Part shown: positions 17,133 through 27,624 of the stretch, piece after piece
How positions within the stretch are numbered: the first letter of the stretch is position 1
How the letters are laid out: every line of letters starts with the position of its first letter
Virus record (IMG/VR): IMGVR_UViG_3300044723_007988
Span: 1-30,113 of that record
DNA length: 30,113 bases
Direction: 5' to 3' (one strand)
Source of the DNA: a virus
Taxonomy: Duplodnaviria; Caudoviricetes
The notes under the pieces: generated by a model
The model's input: only the letters and a program-made list of their open reading frames with translations
The model's database searches: none
What the model was told of the DNA's origin: nothing
Translations under genes and position numbers: made by a program

Positions 17133-19151
17133 ATGGCTAAGAAAGAATTTGTATATACGGTAAAGGTAAACACCGACGGTGTAGAAAAAGAGGTAACTAA
17201 GGTTGCTGAGAGTATTGACGACTTTGAGGAGGGTATTGCTGGTTTACGTGACCAGTTAAACAAAGCACCCTTAGGGTCAAAGGAGTTTAAGAAATTAAAC
17301 AACGACCTAAAAAACGCTGAGAAACAGTTTGAGAAAACTAAAATTAAATCTCAGGGGTTAGGTCAAAGCCTCGGTGAAATAGGTGGCCCTATAGGGGGTG
17401 TAATACAGGGTATTAAGGGTTTCGGTCAGTCACTAAAAGTATTGGCCTTAAACCCCGTAGGTGCTGTTATAACGGCTATTGTGGTTGCGGTTACCGCACT
17501 ATACAAAGCGTTTGCATCCACTAAAAAAGGTGCTGAGTTTATTGAGAGGGCAATGGCTGGTGTTAGTGCAGCCTTTGACGTATTACGTGACCGACTATTA
17601 ACTATTACCTCTTCTTGGAGTAACTTTACTAAAATATTTACAGTTGACTTTTGGAGGGACACCGCAAATGAGATTAAAAACGAGGCTACTGCAGCGGCTG
17701 ATTTAACGGGTCAGTTACAAAGGTTAAAAGACCAACAACGTGACCTTAATACCGATAGGGCCAAACAGAACCTACTTATTGCTGACGCTAAATTGGCTAT
17801 TAACGACGAGAATAAAAGTTACGAAGAAAGGTTAGCCGCATTAGAGGACGTCCGTAAAGAAGAGCAAAGGTTGGCTGATACTGAGGCTCAGTTGGCTAAA
17901 GACCGTTACGAGGCACTTAAGGCCTTGGCTGACCAAAGTGATTCCAGTGCTGAAGATTTGGATGCATTGGCTGCGGCTGAGCAAGAGTATTACAACAAAC
18001 AGTTACAGTCAAAGCAAAAGCAAAAAGAGTTGTTTGACCAAGAAAAGTCACTACGTGACCGACAACGTGCTGAGCAAAAAGCCGCAGCGGATAAACGTAT
18101 ACAAGAGTTGCAAAAGTTGGCTGACTTTGAGCAACAGTTAATGTTGGATTTGATTGAGGACGAGGACGAGAAAGCCCGTGAGCAACTACGTATCCAACGT
18201 GACGCTGATATGGAGGCTATTGACCAACTAACGGCCACTGAAGATAAAAAACAAGAGTTACGTGACGCAGCCAACCGTAAATATAAAAACGCTGTTGACG
18301 ATTTAGAGGAGAGTATTACGCAAAAAGAGCAAGACGAAATAGATAAACGTGAGGCTAACCGTAAAGCGGCTGACCAAAAGAAATTGGACGACGCACGTAG
18401 GGATATTGATATAAGGTTAGGGTTACAACAAATAGGTAACAAGGAGGACTTAGCACAGTTTGAGGCACTATTACTACAAAAACTAAATGCGGAGTTGGCG
18501 GCTGAGGGTTTAAGTAAAGCACAAATATTACAGATTACGGAACAATACAACGCTGATTTAGCGGCAGCAAAAGAGTCGTTGTATAACAAAGAAAGGGCTA
18601 TTGAGTTACAAAAACGTGAGTTACTTTTTAGTGGTTTAGATACATTAATAAAAGTTGCCGGTGAGGAGAGTAGAATAGGTAAAGGTGCCGCAATAGCAAC
18701 CGCATTAATTAACACGTATTTAGGGGTCAGTGAGGTATTAAGTCAAGAGTCTACCTTAGCGTCACCATTTGACGTTATAGCAAAGATTGTTAATACCGCA
18801 GCAATTTTAGCAACAGGTTTTCAGGCGGTTAAAAACATTAAGGGTGTAAAGTTACCGTCGTTTGCTGAGGGTGGTATGGTAAAAGGGCCTGGTACCAGCA
18901 CCTCTGATAGTATACCAACGATGTTATCCAACGGTGAGAGTGTAATGAATGCAAAAACTACGGCAATGTTTGCACCCCTTTTAAGCACGTTAAACGTAGC
19001 GGGTGGGGGTAAACCATTTGAGGGTGAGTTAGAGAGACCAGCACCCCCTATAAATGAAGCACAACCCGTATTTAAGACCTACGTTGTTGCTGACGACGTA
19101 TCTACTCAGGTAACATTAGACCGACAGGTTAAATCACGTAGTATTATTTAA
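17133..19151 (+). CDS. Tape measure protein
   Basis: Ala/Glu/Lys coiled-coil, hydrophobic NPVGAVITAIVVAV segment, C-terminal FAEGGMVKGPGTSTSDSIPTMLSNGESV. Confidence 0.88.
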   Translation: MAKKEFVYTVKVNTDGVEKEVTKVAESIDDFEEGIAGLRDQLNKAPLGSKEFKKLNNDLKNAEKQFEKTKIKSQGLGQSLGEIGGPIGGVIQGIKGFGQSLKVLALNPVGAVITAIVVAVTALYKAFASTKKGAEFIERAMAGVSAAFDVLRDRLLTITSSWSNFTKIFTVDFWRDTANEIKNEATAAADLTGQLQRLKDQQRDLNTDRAKQNLLIADAKLAINDENKSYEERLAALEDVRKEEQRLADTEAQLAKDRYEALKALADQSDSSAEDLDALAAAEQEYYNKQLQSKQKQKELFDQEKSLRDRQRAEQKAAADKRIQELQKLADFEQQLMLDLIEDEDEKAREQLRIQRDADMEAIDQLTATEDKKQELRDAANRKYKNAVDDLEESITQKEQDEIDKREANRKAADQKKLDDARRDIDIRLGLQQIGNKEDLAQFEALLLQKLNAELAAEGLSKAQILQITEQYNADLAAAKESLYNKERAIELQKRELLFSGLDTLIKVAGEESRIGKGAAIATALINTYLGVSEVLSQESTLASPFDVIAKIVNTAAILATGFQAVKNIKGVKLPSFAEGGMVKGPGTSTSDSIPTMLSNGESVMNAKTTAMFAPLLSTLNVAGGGKPFEGELERPAPPINEAQPVFKTYVVADDVSTQVTLDRQVKSRSII

Positions 19152-19202
19152 TCCTGCAAAGTTACCATTAATTTATATTTAGAGTTATAACACAATACAT
19201 GC

Positions 19203-20999
19203 ATGCGTATAGTAGAGTTACTTATTGACGACGAATTAATGCAAGACCCTGAGGTTGGTATTGACGGTATTGCTTTGGTAAACCGACCAGCCCATATGGA
19301 GAATTGGTTAGCCTTTAACGAGGTTACCACTAAAAAACAACCCCACGAGTATTTAACGGACGACGAGTTAAACGAATTGGCAGAGGCTATTACCGTTTTA
19401 GGTGAGCCGGCTGAGATGGACGGTTGGGAAATAGTTAAAGTGGAGGAGTTACCCCACAACAACGAGTTTGTAGGGCAAATTAAAAGTGACCCTAACAAAG
19501 TTAGTGGTGAAGATACCCCCTTTGGACGTATACGTTACAAATATGTTGGGCCTAAAGACGGTAAAAACCGACCTTTCTGTAGTGAAATGTTAAAGAAAAA
19601 CTTAGTTTACCGTATAGAAGATATCCAAAGTTTAACCGACCGTAACGTAAACGACCAGTTTGCACCATACGACGTGTTTGAGTGGAGGGGAAGTTACAAC
19701 TGTCGTCACAGGTGGGTTAAATTAATATACGCACCTATTGACCCTGATAAGGGTAAAGCACAAAATAGGTTAATTAACAAAGCCGGTAGTGAGCGTAACT
19801 TAGACCAAACACAAGATATACCACAACAAAATACCACTACTATTGCCGCAGCCAACAACGGTTACGACGCATTAGCCGAAAGTTACGGTTTTGCCTTAGT
19901 TGATATTATTGACAATTACCCGTTGTTTACCACCAAAGAGGAGGCTGTAAACTTAGCAAATATTGTGGGGTGTAAAGGTTACCATACCCACGAGGTTAAC
20001 GGTGTAGAGTATTACATGCCGTGTGAAAAACACCCTGAGAAAACAGAGATGGACGACGCTATATACGACGTGCCACAATATGCACGTGATAAAGCCTGTA
20101 AAGCCCGTAAATACAAAGAGGAGAACCCCGATAACGATTGTGGAACCCGTGTAGGTTGGACGAGGTCAGCGCAATTGTGTAACGGTGATAAGGTTAGTAG
20201 GGATATTATTGCACGTATGTCCGCATTTGGCCGTCACTTAGCAAACGCTGAGAAACAAACGAGTTACGAAGGTAACTGTAGTTTACTTATGGTAGATGCG
20301 TGGGGAGGAAAAGAAGGTATTGAATGGGCCAGTAAAAAGTTAAAACAAATTGACGAGGAGATGGCTATTGATACTACAGGGTTACCACAATATACCAACG
20401 AGACGGGTAAAACTATTACTGAGGAGTTTATTGACCCTAACCCGTGTTGGCCTGGTTACGAGGCTATAGGGACTAAAATTAAAAACGGTAAAGAGGTGCC
20501 AAATTGTGTGCCTAAAACAGCCAACAGTATACCTAAGTTATCGTTTAATATGGACGACGATAAAATGGAGATTACAGGGGCCGCGCTGGTTCCAAATAAA
20601 CTTATTGTTAGAACGTCACCAACGGGAGAACCCTACTACGTTTACTTTAGTGAAGAAACGGTAAAACAACTTAGTTTTAAGTTTATGCGTGAGAAACGTT
20701 TAGACGCAACCAACATTGAGCACAGTAACCTTAAGGCTAAGGATACCTACGTAGTAGAGAGTTGGATTGTTAGTGACGAGATGGACGATAAAGCAAATGC
20801 GCTGGGTTTAAGTTACCCTAAAGGCACGTGGGTTATAACTATGAAAACCGACGACCCTAAGGTATGGAGTGATATTAAAACCGGCAAATATGCAGGCTTC
20901 TCAGTAGAGGGTTACTTTAGTGAGAAAGCCGTTTTTAACCAAGAGGACGTCTTGGTTAACCAAATAAAACTTTTGTTAAATAATATAACAGATGAATAG
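19203..20999 (+). CDS. Multidomain head-maturation protein: XkdF-like putative protease with inserted MuF-like and Cys-rich modules
   Basis: C-terminal GAALVPNK...NIEH...VESWIV...GTW...GFSVEG; internal YKYVG...RPFC...YNCRHRW; upstream of scaffold and capsid genes. Confidence 0.7.
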   Translation: MRIVELLIDDELMQDPEVGIDGIALVNRPAHMENWLAFNEVTTKKQPHEYLTDDELNELAEAITVLGEPAEMDGWEIVKVEELPHNNEFVGQIKSDPNKVSGEDTPFGRIRYKYVGPKDGKNRPFCSEMLKKNLVYRIEDIQSLTDRNVNDQFAPYDVFEWRGSYNCRHRWVKLIYAPIDPDKGKAQNRLINKAGSERNLDQTQDIPQQNTTTIAAANNGYDALAESYGFALVDIIDNYPLFTTKEEAVNLANIVGCKGYHTHEVNGVEYYMPCEKHPEKTEMDDAIYDVPQYARDKACKARKYKEENPDNDCGTRVGWTRSAQLCNGDKVSRDIIARMSAFGRHLANAEKQTSYEGNCSLLMVDAWGGKEGIEWASKKLKQIDEEMAIDTTGLPQYTNETGKTITEEFIDPNPCWPGYEAIGTKIKNGKEVPNCVPKTANSIPKLSFNMDDDKMEITGAALVPNKLIVRTSPTGEPYYVYFSEETVKQLSFKFMREKRLDATNIEHSNLKAKDTYVVESWIVSDEMDDKANALGLSYPKGTWVITMKTDDPKVWSDIKTGKYAGFSVEGYFSEKAVFNQEDVLVNQIKLLLNNITDE

Positions 21000-21774
21000 T
21001 AAAGAAGCAATTGCAAAGATTAAGCAACTTTTATTCGGTGCTGAAACATTCGGTTACCTAAAAACCAAAGACGGTGTTGAAATGCAAATTGAGGGTGAGG
21101 TAGAATTGGAAAAAGAGATTTACATTATTACCCCTGACGGCAACATACCCGCTGAGGAAGGTGACTACGAGATGGAAGATGGGCTTAAAGTAAAAGTTAA
21201 AGAAGGTTTAATTGACGCTATTGACTACGCTGGCGCTGAGCACGAAGACGAAGAGGAGATGGAAACCGAAGAAGAGGTGGAAATTGAGGCTGAGGCTGAG
21301 GTTACTGAGGACGAAGTTAAAATGGTATCCGCCGAGTTAATTGACGGGACTATCGTGGAAACTGACACCGAAGAATTGAAGGTGGGTGACGCACTATTTG
21401 TGGTAACCGAAGAAGGCAGAGTTGCGGCGCCAGATGGTAATCACGAAACAACCGACGGTTTGGTTGTAACAGTGGAAGATGGTATCGTTAAAGAAATTGA
21501 AACCAAAGTAGTAGAAGAAGAGGTGGAATTAAGCACCGAAACTACTGAGGGTATTGACGAATTATTAGAGGTGTTTACCGAAGGGTTTACCAAACTAAAT
21601 AATGAGTTAAACGTAATCCGTGAGGAATACACTAAACTAAGTGAGAGTTTTAACAAATTCTCAGCGGAACCTGCAGGTGAAAGACAATACTTTAACACTG
21701 CGGATTACGCAAAAACCCTTAAGGCTGAAAAGATTAATAAACTACAGGCTTTAAGAGGTATTAAAAATAAATAA
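20992..21774 (+). CDS. Putative capsid scaffolding protein
   Basis: Very acidic; two internal repeats (PAEEGDYEMEDG / AAPDGNHETTDG); C-terminal coiled-coil; between protease and capsid genes. Confidence 0.65.
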   Translation: MNSKEAIAKIKQLLFGAETFGYLKTKDGVEMQIEGEVELEKEIYIITPDGNIPAEEGDYEMEDGLKVKVKEGLIDAIDYAGAEHEDEEEMETEEEVEIEAEAEVTEDEVKMVSAELIDGTIVETDTEELKVGDALFVVTEEGRVAAPDGNHETTDGLVVTVEDGIVKEIETKVVEEEVELSTETTEGIDELLEVFTEGFTKLNNELNVIREEYTKLSESFNKFSAEPAGERQYFNTADYAKTLKAEKINKLQALRGIKNK

Positions 21775-21794
21775 AAAAAATAAGTTTTATTAAA

Positions 21795-22727
21795 ATGGAA
21801 AACAACTTAAAAAAACACAATTTTTCTTTTGATTTAAGCGCGTTAAATACGTATACTGACGAAGTAGGTGGTATGCTTTTAGCTGAGGCTATAGTTAAAG
21901 GAAAAACAGCGGATTTATGTATGGTGCAGAGTGGCGTAAAAGGAACTCAGGCCATTAACATTTTATCGTCAACACTTAACGTGCAAGACGGAGCGTGTGG
22001 CTGGAATTCTTCAGGTAGCACAACATTCACTCAGCGTGATATTACGGTATGTGATAAAAAGGTTAACGAAAGTTTATGTCCCCGTGACTTAAATTCTTAT
22101 TGGGCCTCAGCGTTCTTAAACGCAGGCTCTTATAACGAAAGCGTCCCATTTGAGGAGGCTATTGCTCAGTTAAAGGTGCAACAAATTCAGAAATACGTAG
22201 AAGAGCAACTTTGGAGGTCAACAACAGGCACATCATGTTTTAACGGATTTGCAACGTTAATCTCTACGGGCACAACAGGCGTAGTGCCTGTAGTAGGTGC
22301 TTCAGGTATTACATCATCAAATGCATTGGCTGAGGTTGATAAATTAGTGGAATTAATCCCTAACGAAGTAGCGGACAGAGACGATATTATTATCTGGATG
22401 AGCATGGCTAACTACAGAAAATACTTAATTAACCTTAGAACGTCAAATTATTACCAAGATTTTATCGTTGAAGGTGACCAAATGACTGAGTATGTAACTA
22501 TGCATCCGGGAACCAACTTCAGAGTGGTTGGCACGCATGGAATTAATACTGACGGTGTATATATGGGACCAGCGGAGTTTATGGTTGTAGGTGTTGACCT
22601 TATGAGTGACGAAGAAAGATTGGATATCTTTTATTCCAAGGACAACGACGAAGTGCGTGTTAGGTCAAATTTCAAGATTGGTGCACAGATAGCATTTCCT
22701 GAATACTTTGTAACTAACAATTTATAA
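21795..22727 (+). CDS. Major capsid protein
   Basis: 310 aa after protease and scaffold; codon use distinct from the rest of the genome, as expected for a highly expressed gene. Confidence 0.8.
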   Translation: MENNLKKHNFSFDLSALNTYTDEVGGMLLAEAIVKGKTADLCMVQSGVKGTQAINILSSTLNVQDGACGWNSSGSTTFTQRDITVCDKKVNESLCPRDLNSYWASAFLNAGSYNESVPFEEAIAQLKVQQIQKYVEEQLWRSTTGTSCFNGFATLISTGTTGVVPVVGASGITSSNALAEVDKLVELIPNEVADRDDIIIWMSMANYRKYLINLRTSNYYQDFIVEGDQMTEYVTMHPGTNFRVVGTHGINTDGVYMGPAEFMVVGVDLMSDEERLDIFYSKDNDEVRVRSNFKIGAQIAFPEYFVTNNL

Positions 22728-22760
22728 AATCTATAAACTAACTAAAAAAACATAATTATT

Positions 22761-23273
22761 ATGGCATGTCAAATCACATCAAATATTGAATTAGGCTGTG
22801 CGGCTTCAGCGGGTGGAATTAAAGAAATCTACGTAACGAGTGGCACTGTATCTGGGGCAAGTTATAATAGTGAAGGAGTCTTAACGGCTATTACTGCATC
22901 GGCTTTGTATACCTTTGAGTTACAAAAGCAAACGAGCAATTTAACCGAGACATTCCAAGTTAGTCTTGAGAATGGAACCACTTTTTTTGAACAGAGTTTA
23001 ACGGCTGTTATGAACAAAATGGACCAAGATAAAAGAAACCAACTTAAACTGTTGGCACAGAACCGTAATATTGTTTTATTTGCAAAAGATAACAACGATA
23101 CTATATGGTATTTAGGTGCTGACTTTGACGGAGGTTTTGTTAGTGCAGGGTCAGGCGAGAGCGGAACCGCATTTGGTGACCGTAATGGCTATTCTGTAAC
23201 CATCACTACTTATAGTAAAGAACCTATGACGACCCTATCGTCGTCAACAATAACGGACGTAGTAACCGTTTAA
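22761..23273 (+). CDS. Major tail (tube) protein
   Basis: MAC...C...GGIKEIY, ENGTTFFEQSL and SGTAFGDRNGYSVT motifs; followed by a strong terminator. Confidence 0.7.
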   Translation: MACQITSNIELGCAASAGGIKEIYVTSGTVSGASYNSEGVLTAITASALYTFELQKQTSNLTETFQVSLENGTTFFEQSLTAVMNKMDQDKRNQLKLLAQNRNIVLFAKDNNDTIWYLGADFDGGFVSAGSGESGTAFGDRNGYSVTITTYSKEPMTTLSSSTITDVVTV

Positions 23274-23280
23274 TATTAAC

Positions 23281-23310
23281 GGGGTGGGTTTATATAGCCC
23301 ACCCCTTTTT
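23281..23310 (+). terminator. Intrinsic terminator after capsid and tail-tube genes
   Basis: GGGGTGGG (23281-23288)/CCCACCCC (23298-23305) followed by TTTTT. Confidence 0.88.
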
Positions 23311-23329
23311 AAGCCATTAGAATTGAGAT

Positions 23330-24370
23330 ATGAGTAAATTAAGACCAAATAGAAAGTCGGGGTTAGGTCAGTATGTAAAACACGGTATCTTAGGTAAACA
23401 GAAGGTATACCGTAACACTGAGTTTGAGAGGGTGCCCGAATTAACGGACGAGGAGAAAAACCGTTTGTTAAACGAAAAACTAAAACCGTATACCTACGAC
23501 CCACGTAAACACAAAGTAGTTAGGGCTGCAGGGCCTAAAGATTTGGCACCTACTCCAACTCCAACTCCTACACCTACACCTACGGGATATACTGAAGCGG
23601 ATGCGTATTTAACGGCGGTGGTTGATGCTGGTGGCACAGGTATTACACCTACAATATCTGCGGCTACAAGGACTTTTTATAACTCGTTAATGGTAGATGG
23701 TTTATGGGATAAATTAATCTCGTTTTATCCATTCATGGGTGGCACTGCGGCTTCACATAAGTTTAATGGTAAAAACCCTGTTGATACAGATGCGGGTTAT
23801 AGGCTTACATACTACGGAGGTTTAACTCACGACTCTGACGGGTTAACACCAAACGGGTCAAATGGTTACGCTGATACTCACGTTTTACCATTAGATTACA
23901 TTGATGTAAATAACGGGTCTTTAGGAACTTATATACAAACTACAGCAACTACAAAGTCTTATCCGTGTGAAATTGGAACAACATACTACAATCAGCAAAT
24001 GTTGTTGAGAAGTAAGAATAACGCTAACTTATTAGGTTCGTTATACGCAGGTTGGAATAACCCTGGTACCTCACCTCTTTTAGATGGTATGATAGTAATA
24101 AGTAGAACCTCAGGGGATGCCGCTGATACGGGATATTACCAACAGGGTTCGTTAACTTATACAAACGCACCAAACACCTCACCGATTACAGGTATGGTTT
24201 ATCCGGTATTTATTGGAGCCGCTAACTTAAGAGGTGCTGGAGGTAACGACTACTCAGACAGGACACAATCCTTCACATTTGTAGGGTTAGGTTTAACGTC
24301 AAGTGAGGTTAGCAATTTAAGTAGTGCTGTAAATACACTACAGGTTGCATTAAGTAGAAACACATATTAG
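23330..24370 (+). CDS. Putative virion accessory protein (basic N-terminus, PT linker, possible lectin-like beta domain)
   Basis: [13 protein letters not shown] linker followed by a Gly/Thr/Tyr-rich domain. Confidence 0.6.
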   Translation: MSKLRPNRKSGLGQYVKHGILGKQKVYRNTEFERVPELTDEEKNRLLNEKLKPYTYDPRKHKVVRAAGPKDLAPTPTPTPTPTPTGYTEADAYLTAVVDAGGTGITPTISAATRTFYNSLMVDGLWDKLISFYPFMGGTAASHKFNGKNPVDTDAGYRLTYYGGLTHDSDGLTPNGSNGYADTHVLPLDYIDVNNGSLGTYIQTTATTKSYPCEIGTTYYNQQMLLRSKNNANLLGSLYAGWNNPGTSPLLDGMIVISRTSGDAADTGYYQQGSLTYTNAPNTSPITGMVYPVFIGAANLRGAGGNDYSDRTQSFTFVGLGLTSSEVSNLSSAVNTLQVALSRNTY

Positions 24371-24372
24371 AT

Positions 24373-24579
24373 ATGAAAGTAGGTTTATTAACAGAAGAGC
24401 AAAAAGAATTATTAGTAGGTCAACTTTATATGGTTGATACATACTTTAATCCAACGTTGGATGGTAACGATAACTGGTTTATATCCACTATTGAAATGGA
24501 ATACTCAGACCTTCAGTGGGTTAAAGAATTACCCTTAATTGATTACGTTGAACCAACAACGCCACCTGAAAACGAGTAA
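24373..24579 (+). CDS. Small acidic protein, probable partner of the upstream gene
   Basis: 68 aa, 2 nt after the previous stop. Confidence 0.7.
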   Translation: MKVGLLTEEQKELLVGQLYMVDTYFNPTLDGNDNWFISTIEMEYSDLQWVKELPLIDYVEPTTPPENE

Positions 24580-24592
24580 TAGTTAACCCGTT

Positions 24593-26161
24593 ATGTTATA
24601 CATTAAGAGAAATAGTGAAAATAGGTTAGTGGTTACCGTCTCACAACATAAGACGTTGGATAACCCTAACTACTTATTTTCTTTTGAGCACGTTTTATCC
24701 AAAGATAAAACACGTTTTTACCCTAAAAACATATCTACATCAACTGACCGTTACGATGAGTTTGTGTTTATTGAGGGTGAAGAACCTGACGGGTATACAG
24801 GTGATATACCATTTGTGCGCTTTGCTCACGAGGGGCAACACTATTACAGTATATACGAAACTTTTAACACGGGGTCAACTAACCCACAATATGCGTTTGA
24901 TAAGTTGGAGGAGGGTAAAGCGTATGTAGAGGACGATACTATACCGAGCCCATTTGACTTATACACTGCGGGTAACGAGAATAATGCTAACTTTATTTAC
25001 TACGCTGACGGTATTAACGAGGAGAGAATAATGGTATCTTACCAAATGGATTTACCTAACGCTGACGCATTTACTGAGACCTGGAAATACGCATACCCTG
25101 ATATTTACATACAAGATTTAGAGACAGGGGTAACTGAGGTATTACCAACTATTTTATCGGGTGAAACTGAATGTGCTTCTTACCAAAGGGCAACAACTGA
25201 CATATACTACAAAGAGATTACTACTGGTTCCACGTGGAACGGGTTTAAGATGTATATGGACTACGACGATGTAGTTAGTAAAGGTTACGGCTTTGAGACA
25301 GCAGCATACCCGGGTCAAGATAAATTCAGTGGTTATACCTACTATAACTTTAGACCAGGTTTTATACCTCCGTTGTGGTCAGTTGACTATATAAAACACA
25401 ATACAGATGGGACTACTGAAAGTGGCACTACAGCATGGACTGTTGACGTAAATGTGCCACGTAACTCACAGATTGCTACTATATCGGGTAATACCTCACC
25501 AGAATACACTGAGAGACAGAACGGGGTTACTGGTAATAGTATAAGTGACGTATGTAGGGCTTTACAGGGTGCCGGTTATGAACCAGGTGTTGCTAATAAA
25601 ACGTTATACTTCTTTGATAGTTTACAGGCTTTATGGTGGGGTGCAGTTGGCCCTGTAAACTACAGTATTGAGAGGTGTGAAAGGGTATTAGATAACAATA
25701 CTAACTACTACGGGTATAACGACGGTAACGACGTATATGTAGCACAGTTAAACGGTGACTCTACATTAACGTATGTATTTACGTGTATACCACCAACACC
25801 AACACCTACACCAACAGCGTCGGTAACACCAACACCAACTATAACACCTACACAAACAGCAACACCTACATTAACTCCTACATTAACACCAACGGGCACT
25901 CAAACACCTACACCTACACCAACGTCAACGGTAACCCCTACACAAACTATAACTCCAACACAAACTATAACCCCTACACAAACGGCAACACCTACATTAA
26001 CTCCTACACAAACTATAACCCCTACACAAACAGGGACACCTACACCTACACCAACTATAACGCCATCTCCGTCTCAGGTAATAGAATTTAATTTATTAAC
26101 TGAAGGTGAGGATACGATAACAACAGAGGGTAACGACCCGATTAGAACAGAGCAAAATTAA
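24593..26161 (+). CDS. Virion structural protein with long Pro-Thr repeat
   Basis: About 95-aa PT-rich tract; C-terminal [13 protein letters not shown] motif just before the fibre gene. Confidence 0.7.
   Translation: MLYIKRNSENRLVVTVSQHKTLDNPNYLFSFEHVLSKDKTRFYPKNISTSTDRYDEFVFIEGEEPDGYTGDIPFVRFAHEGQHYYSIYETFNTGSTNPQYAFDKLEEGKAYVEDDTIPSPFDLYTAGNENNANFIYYADGINEERIMVSYQMDLPNADAFTETWKYAYPDIYIQDLETGVTEVLPTILSGETECASYQRATTDIYYKEITTGSTWNGFKMYMDYDDVVSKGYGFETAAYPGQDKFSGYTYYNFRPGFIPPLWSVDYIKHNTDGTTESGTTAWTVDVNVPRNSQIATISGNTSPEYTERQNGVTGNSISDVCRALQGAGYEPGVANKTLYFFDSLQALWWGAVGPVNYSIERCERVLDNNTNYYGYNDGNDVYVAQLNGDSTLTYVFTCIPPTPTPTPTASVTPTPTITPTQTATPTLTPTLTPTGTQTPTPTPTSTVTPTQTITPTQTITPTQTATPTLTPTQTITPTQTGTPTPTPTITPSPSQVIEFNLLTEGEDTITTEGNDPIRTEQN
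25790..26075 (+). repeat. Degenerate coding tandem repeat (6-bp and 18-bp units; TP / TPTQTI)
   Basis: Recurrent CCTACACAAACTATAAC-type units. Confidence 0.9.
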
Positions 26162-26166
26162 ATAAT

Positions 26167-27624
26167 ATGGCTAACGTTAAAATAAGTGCTTTGCCTGTGG
26201 CAAATGAGATTTGGAACCTAAATGAATTGGTTGCGGTCGTTAACTCAGGTAACACAACAACATCAAAGAGGACGTATGGTTCCTTATTCTCCAACCATTC
26301 AGGGGGCACATATACCATAACATCAACAGACCAAACCTACGCTATTATTGCGTGTGGGTCTTCATCACCACAAACTCACATTAGAGTAGGTGGTATAAAC
26401 AACGCAGCGGTTATCTCGTCAAGGGGCGCTAACATCTCCTCAGGGCAAATGAATACCATTATTGGCTCAGAGCAAAATAATGATAGTGACCAACCAACTA
26501 TTAACGGGGGGCAATATAACACTATTATTGGCTCTAAGGGTGGTGTATCTACGAGTAGTAACTACCAGTTAATTACTAACTCTACCAGTTCACAAATCCA
26601 AGGTGGTGAGCATAATGCACTTATTGGAGGTAACAACAACCAAATAGGTAACGGGTCTTATTACAACTTAGTTGCCGCCTCAGAGTCGGTAACTCATGGC
26701 ACTTTTGCCGGTGGTGGTTATAAAATGGTAACTTTAGCATCAGGTAACGGTAACTTAGAACAGGCAACAGAAACGTTTATTGCCGCTACAAGAAACTTTT
26801 CGTCACACCTACAGGGGTCTAACACAATGAGTATGATTGCGTCAAAGTCACCTACTATTGAACCTGTTACCAACTCTGCGGAGGTAATGAGTATTCTTAA
26901 CTCAAAGTCGTCAACACTAAGACCTAACCAACACAACAGTATTATTATTAATAGTGATAGTGTTAGTATTGACGATAGTAACTCTTCACAAACACAAATC
27001 TCAGCAATTATTAACGGCTGGGGTGGTGGTATTAACGGAGCCGGTATCGGTGGCAACTACCAGAAAATGCTTATTAACACGTATGGCACTGAAATCACAC
27101 ACGGTGGTTCAAGGGTTGTTGCGTTAAACGCAAACGGTGGGACTATATCTGCAACAGGTGACCACAACATGCTTATTAATACTGAGAGTAAAGATATTAC
27201 GGGGTCAAGAAACAAAGCAACTGTTATCGGTGTTTGGGATAATACACAACCAGTAGACTATGAAAATACAGTTTACGTAGGTGCTTTACACAACTACGGG
27301 CCACGTTCGGGTCGTGTAATAAATGCCGGTAACGTATCGGGTATAGTTGACGTAGATGGTTCCTTAGGTGAGATGTTTGAGTTTACTTTAACGGGTAATA
27401 CCGCACCAAACTTTATTAACTTAAGAGAGGGGCAAAAGTTTTTATTTGCTATATACAATACTACATTCTCAGTAACGGGTGGGACTATTAACGGTGTTGG
27501 TGGTAACGTTCTTGCTAAGGGTGGCAGTATCTCACCAAGTAATAATTCTTGGTCTTTTTATACAGGTTGGTATGACGGCACAAGAGTATACTTAATTGAA
27601 GAAAACGGATTAAGTAGTATTTAA
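26167..27624 (+). CDS. Tail fibre / receptor-binding protein
   Basis: MANVKISALP N-terminus; Gly/Asn/Ser/Ile beta-helix-like repeats (NTIIGS, NALIGG). Confidence 0.72.
   Translation: MANVKISALPVANEIWNLNELVAVVNSGNTTTSKRTYGSLFSNHSGGTYTITSTDQTYAIIACGSSSPQTHIRVGGINNAAVISSRGANISSGQMNTIIGSEQNNDSDQPTINGGQYNTIIGSKGGVSTSSNYQLITNSTSSQIQGGEHNALIGGNNNQIGNGSYYNLVAASESVTHGTFAGGGYKMVTLASGNGNLEQATETFIAATRNFSSHLQGSNTMSMIASKSPTIEPVTNSAEVMSILNSKSSTLRPNQHNSIIINSDSVSIDDSNSSQTQISAIINGWGGGINGAGIGGNYQKMLINTYGTEITHGGSRVVALNANGGTISATGDHNMLINTESKDITGSRNKATVIGVWDNTQPVDYENTVYVGALHNYGPRSGRVINAGNVSGIVDVDGSLGEMFEFTLTGNTAPNFINLREGQKFLFAIYNTTFSVTGGTINGVGGNVLAKGGSISPSNNSWSFYTGWYDGTRVYLIEENGLSSI

Noticed and set aside
17990-18715. 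241-aa minus-strand ORF and other antisense ORFs in the track (e.g. 250..450, 2497..2727, 9853..10098, 19148..19498, 26718..27056)
   Set aside because: Shadows of well-supported + strand genes with unnatural composition. Scarcity of TCA on + removes many - strand TGA stops and lengthens such ORFs.
25790-26075. Possible CRISPR array or DGR template/variable repeat
   Set aside because: No constant repeat with unique spacers, no cas or reverse transcriptase gene; it is an in-frame coding repeat.
25708-26091. Alternative-frame ORFs 25783..26091 (+) and 25708..25899 (-)
   Set aside because: By-products of the Pro-Thr repeat read in other frames.
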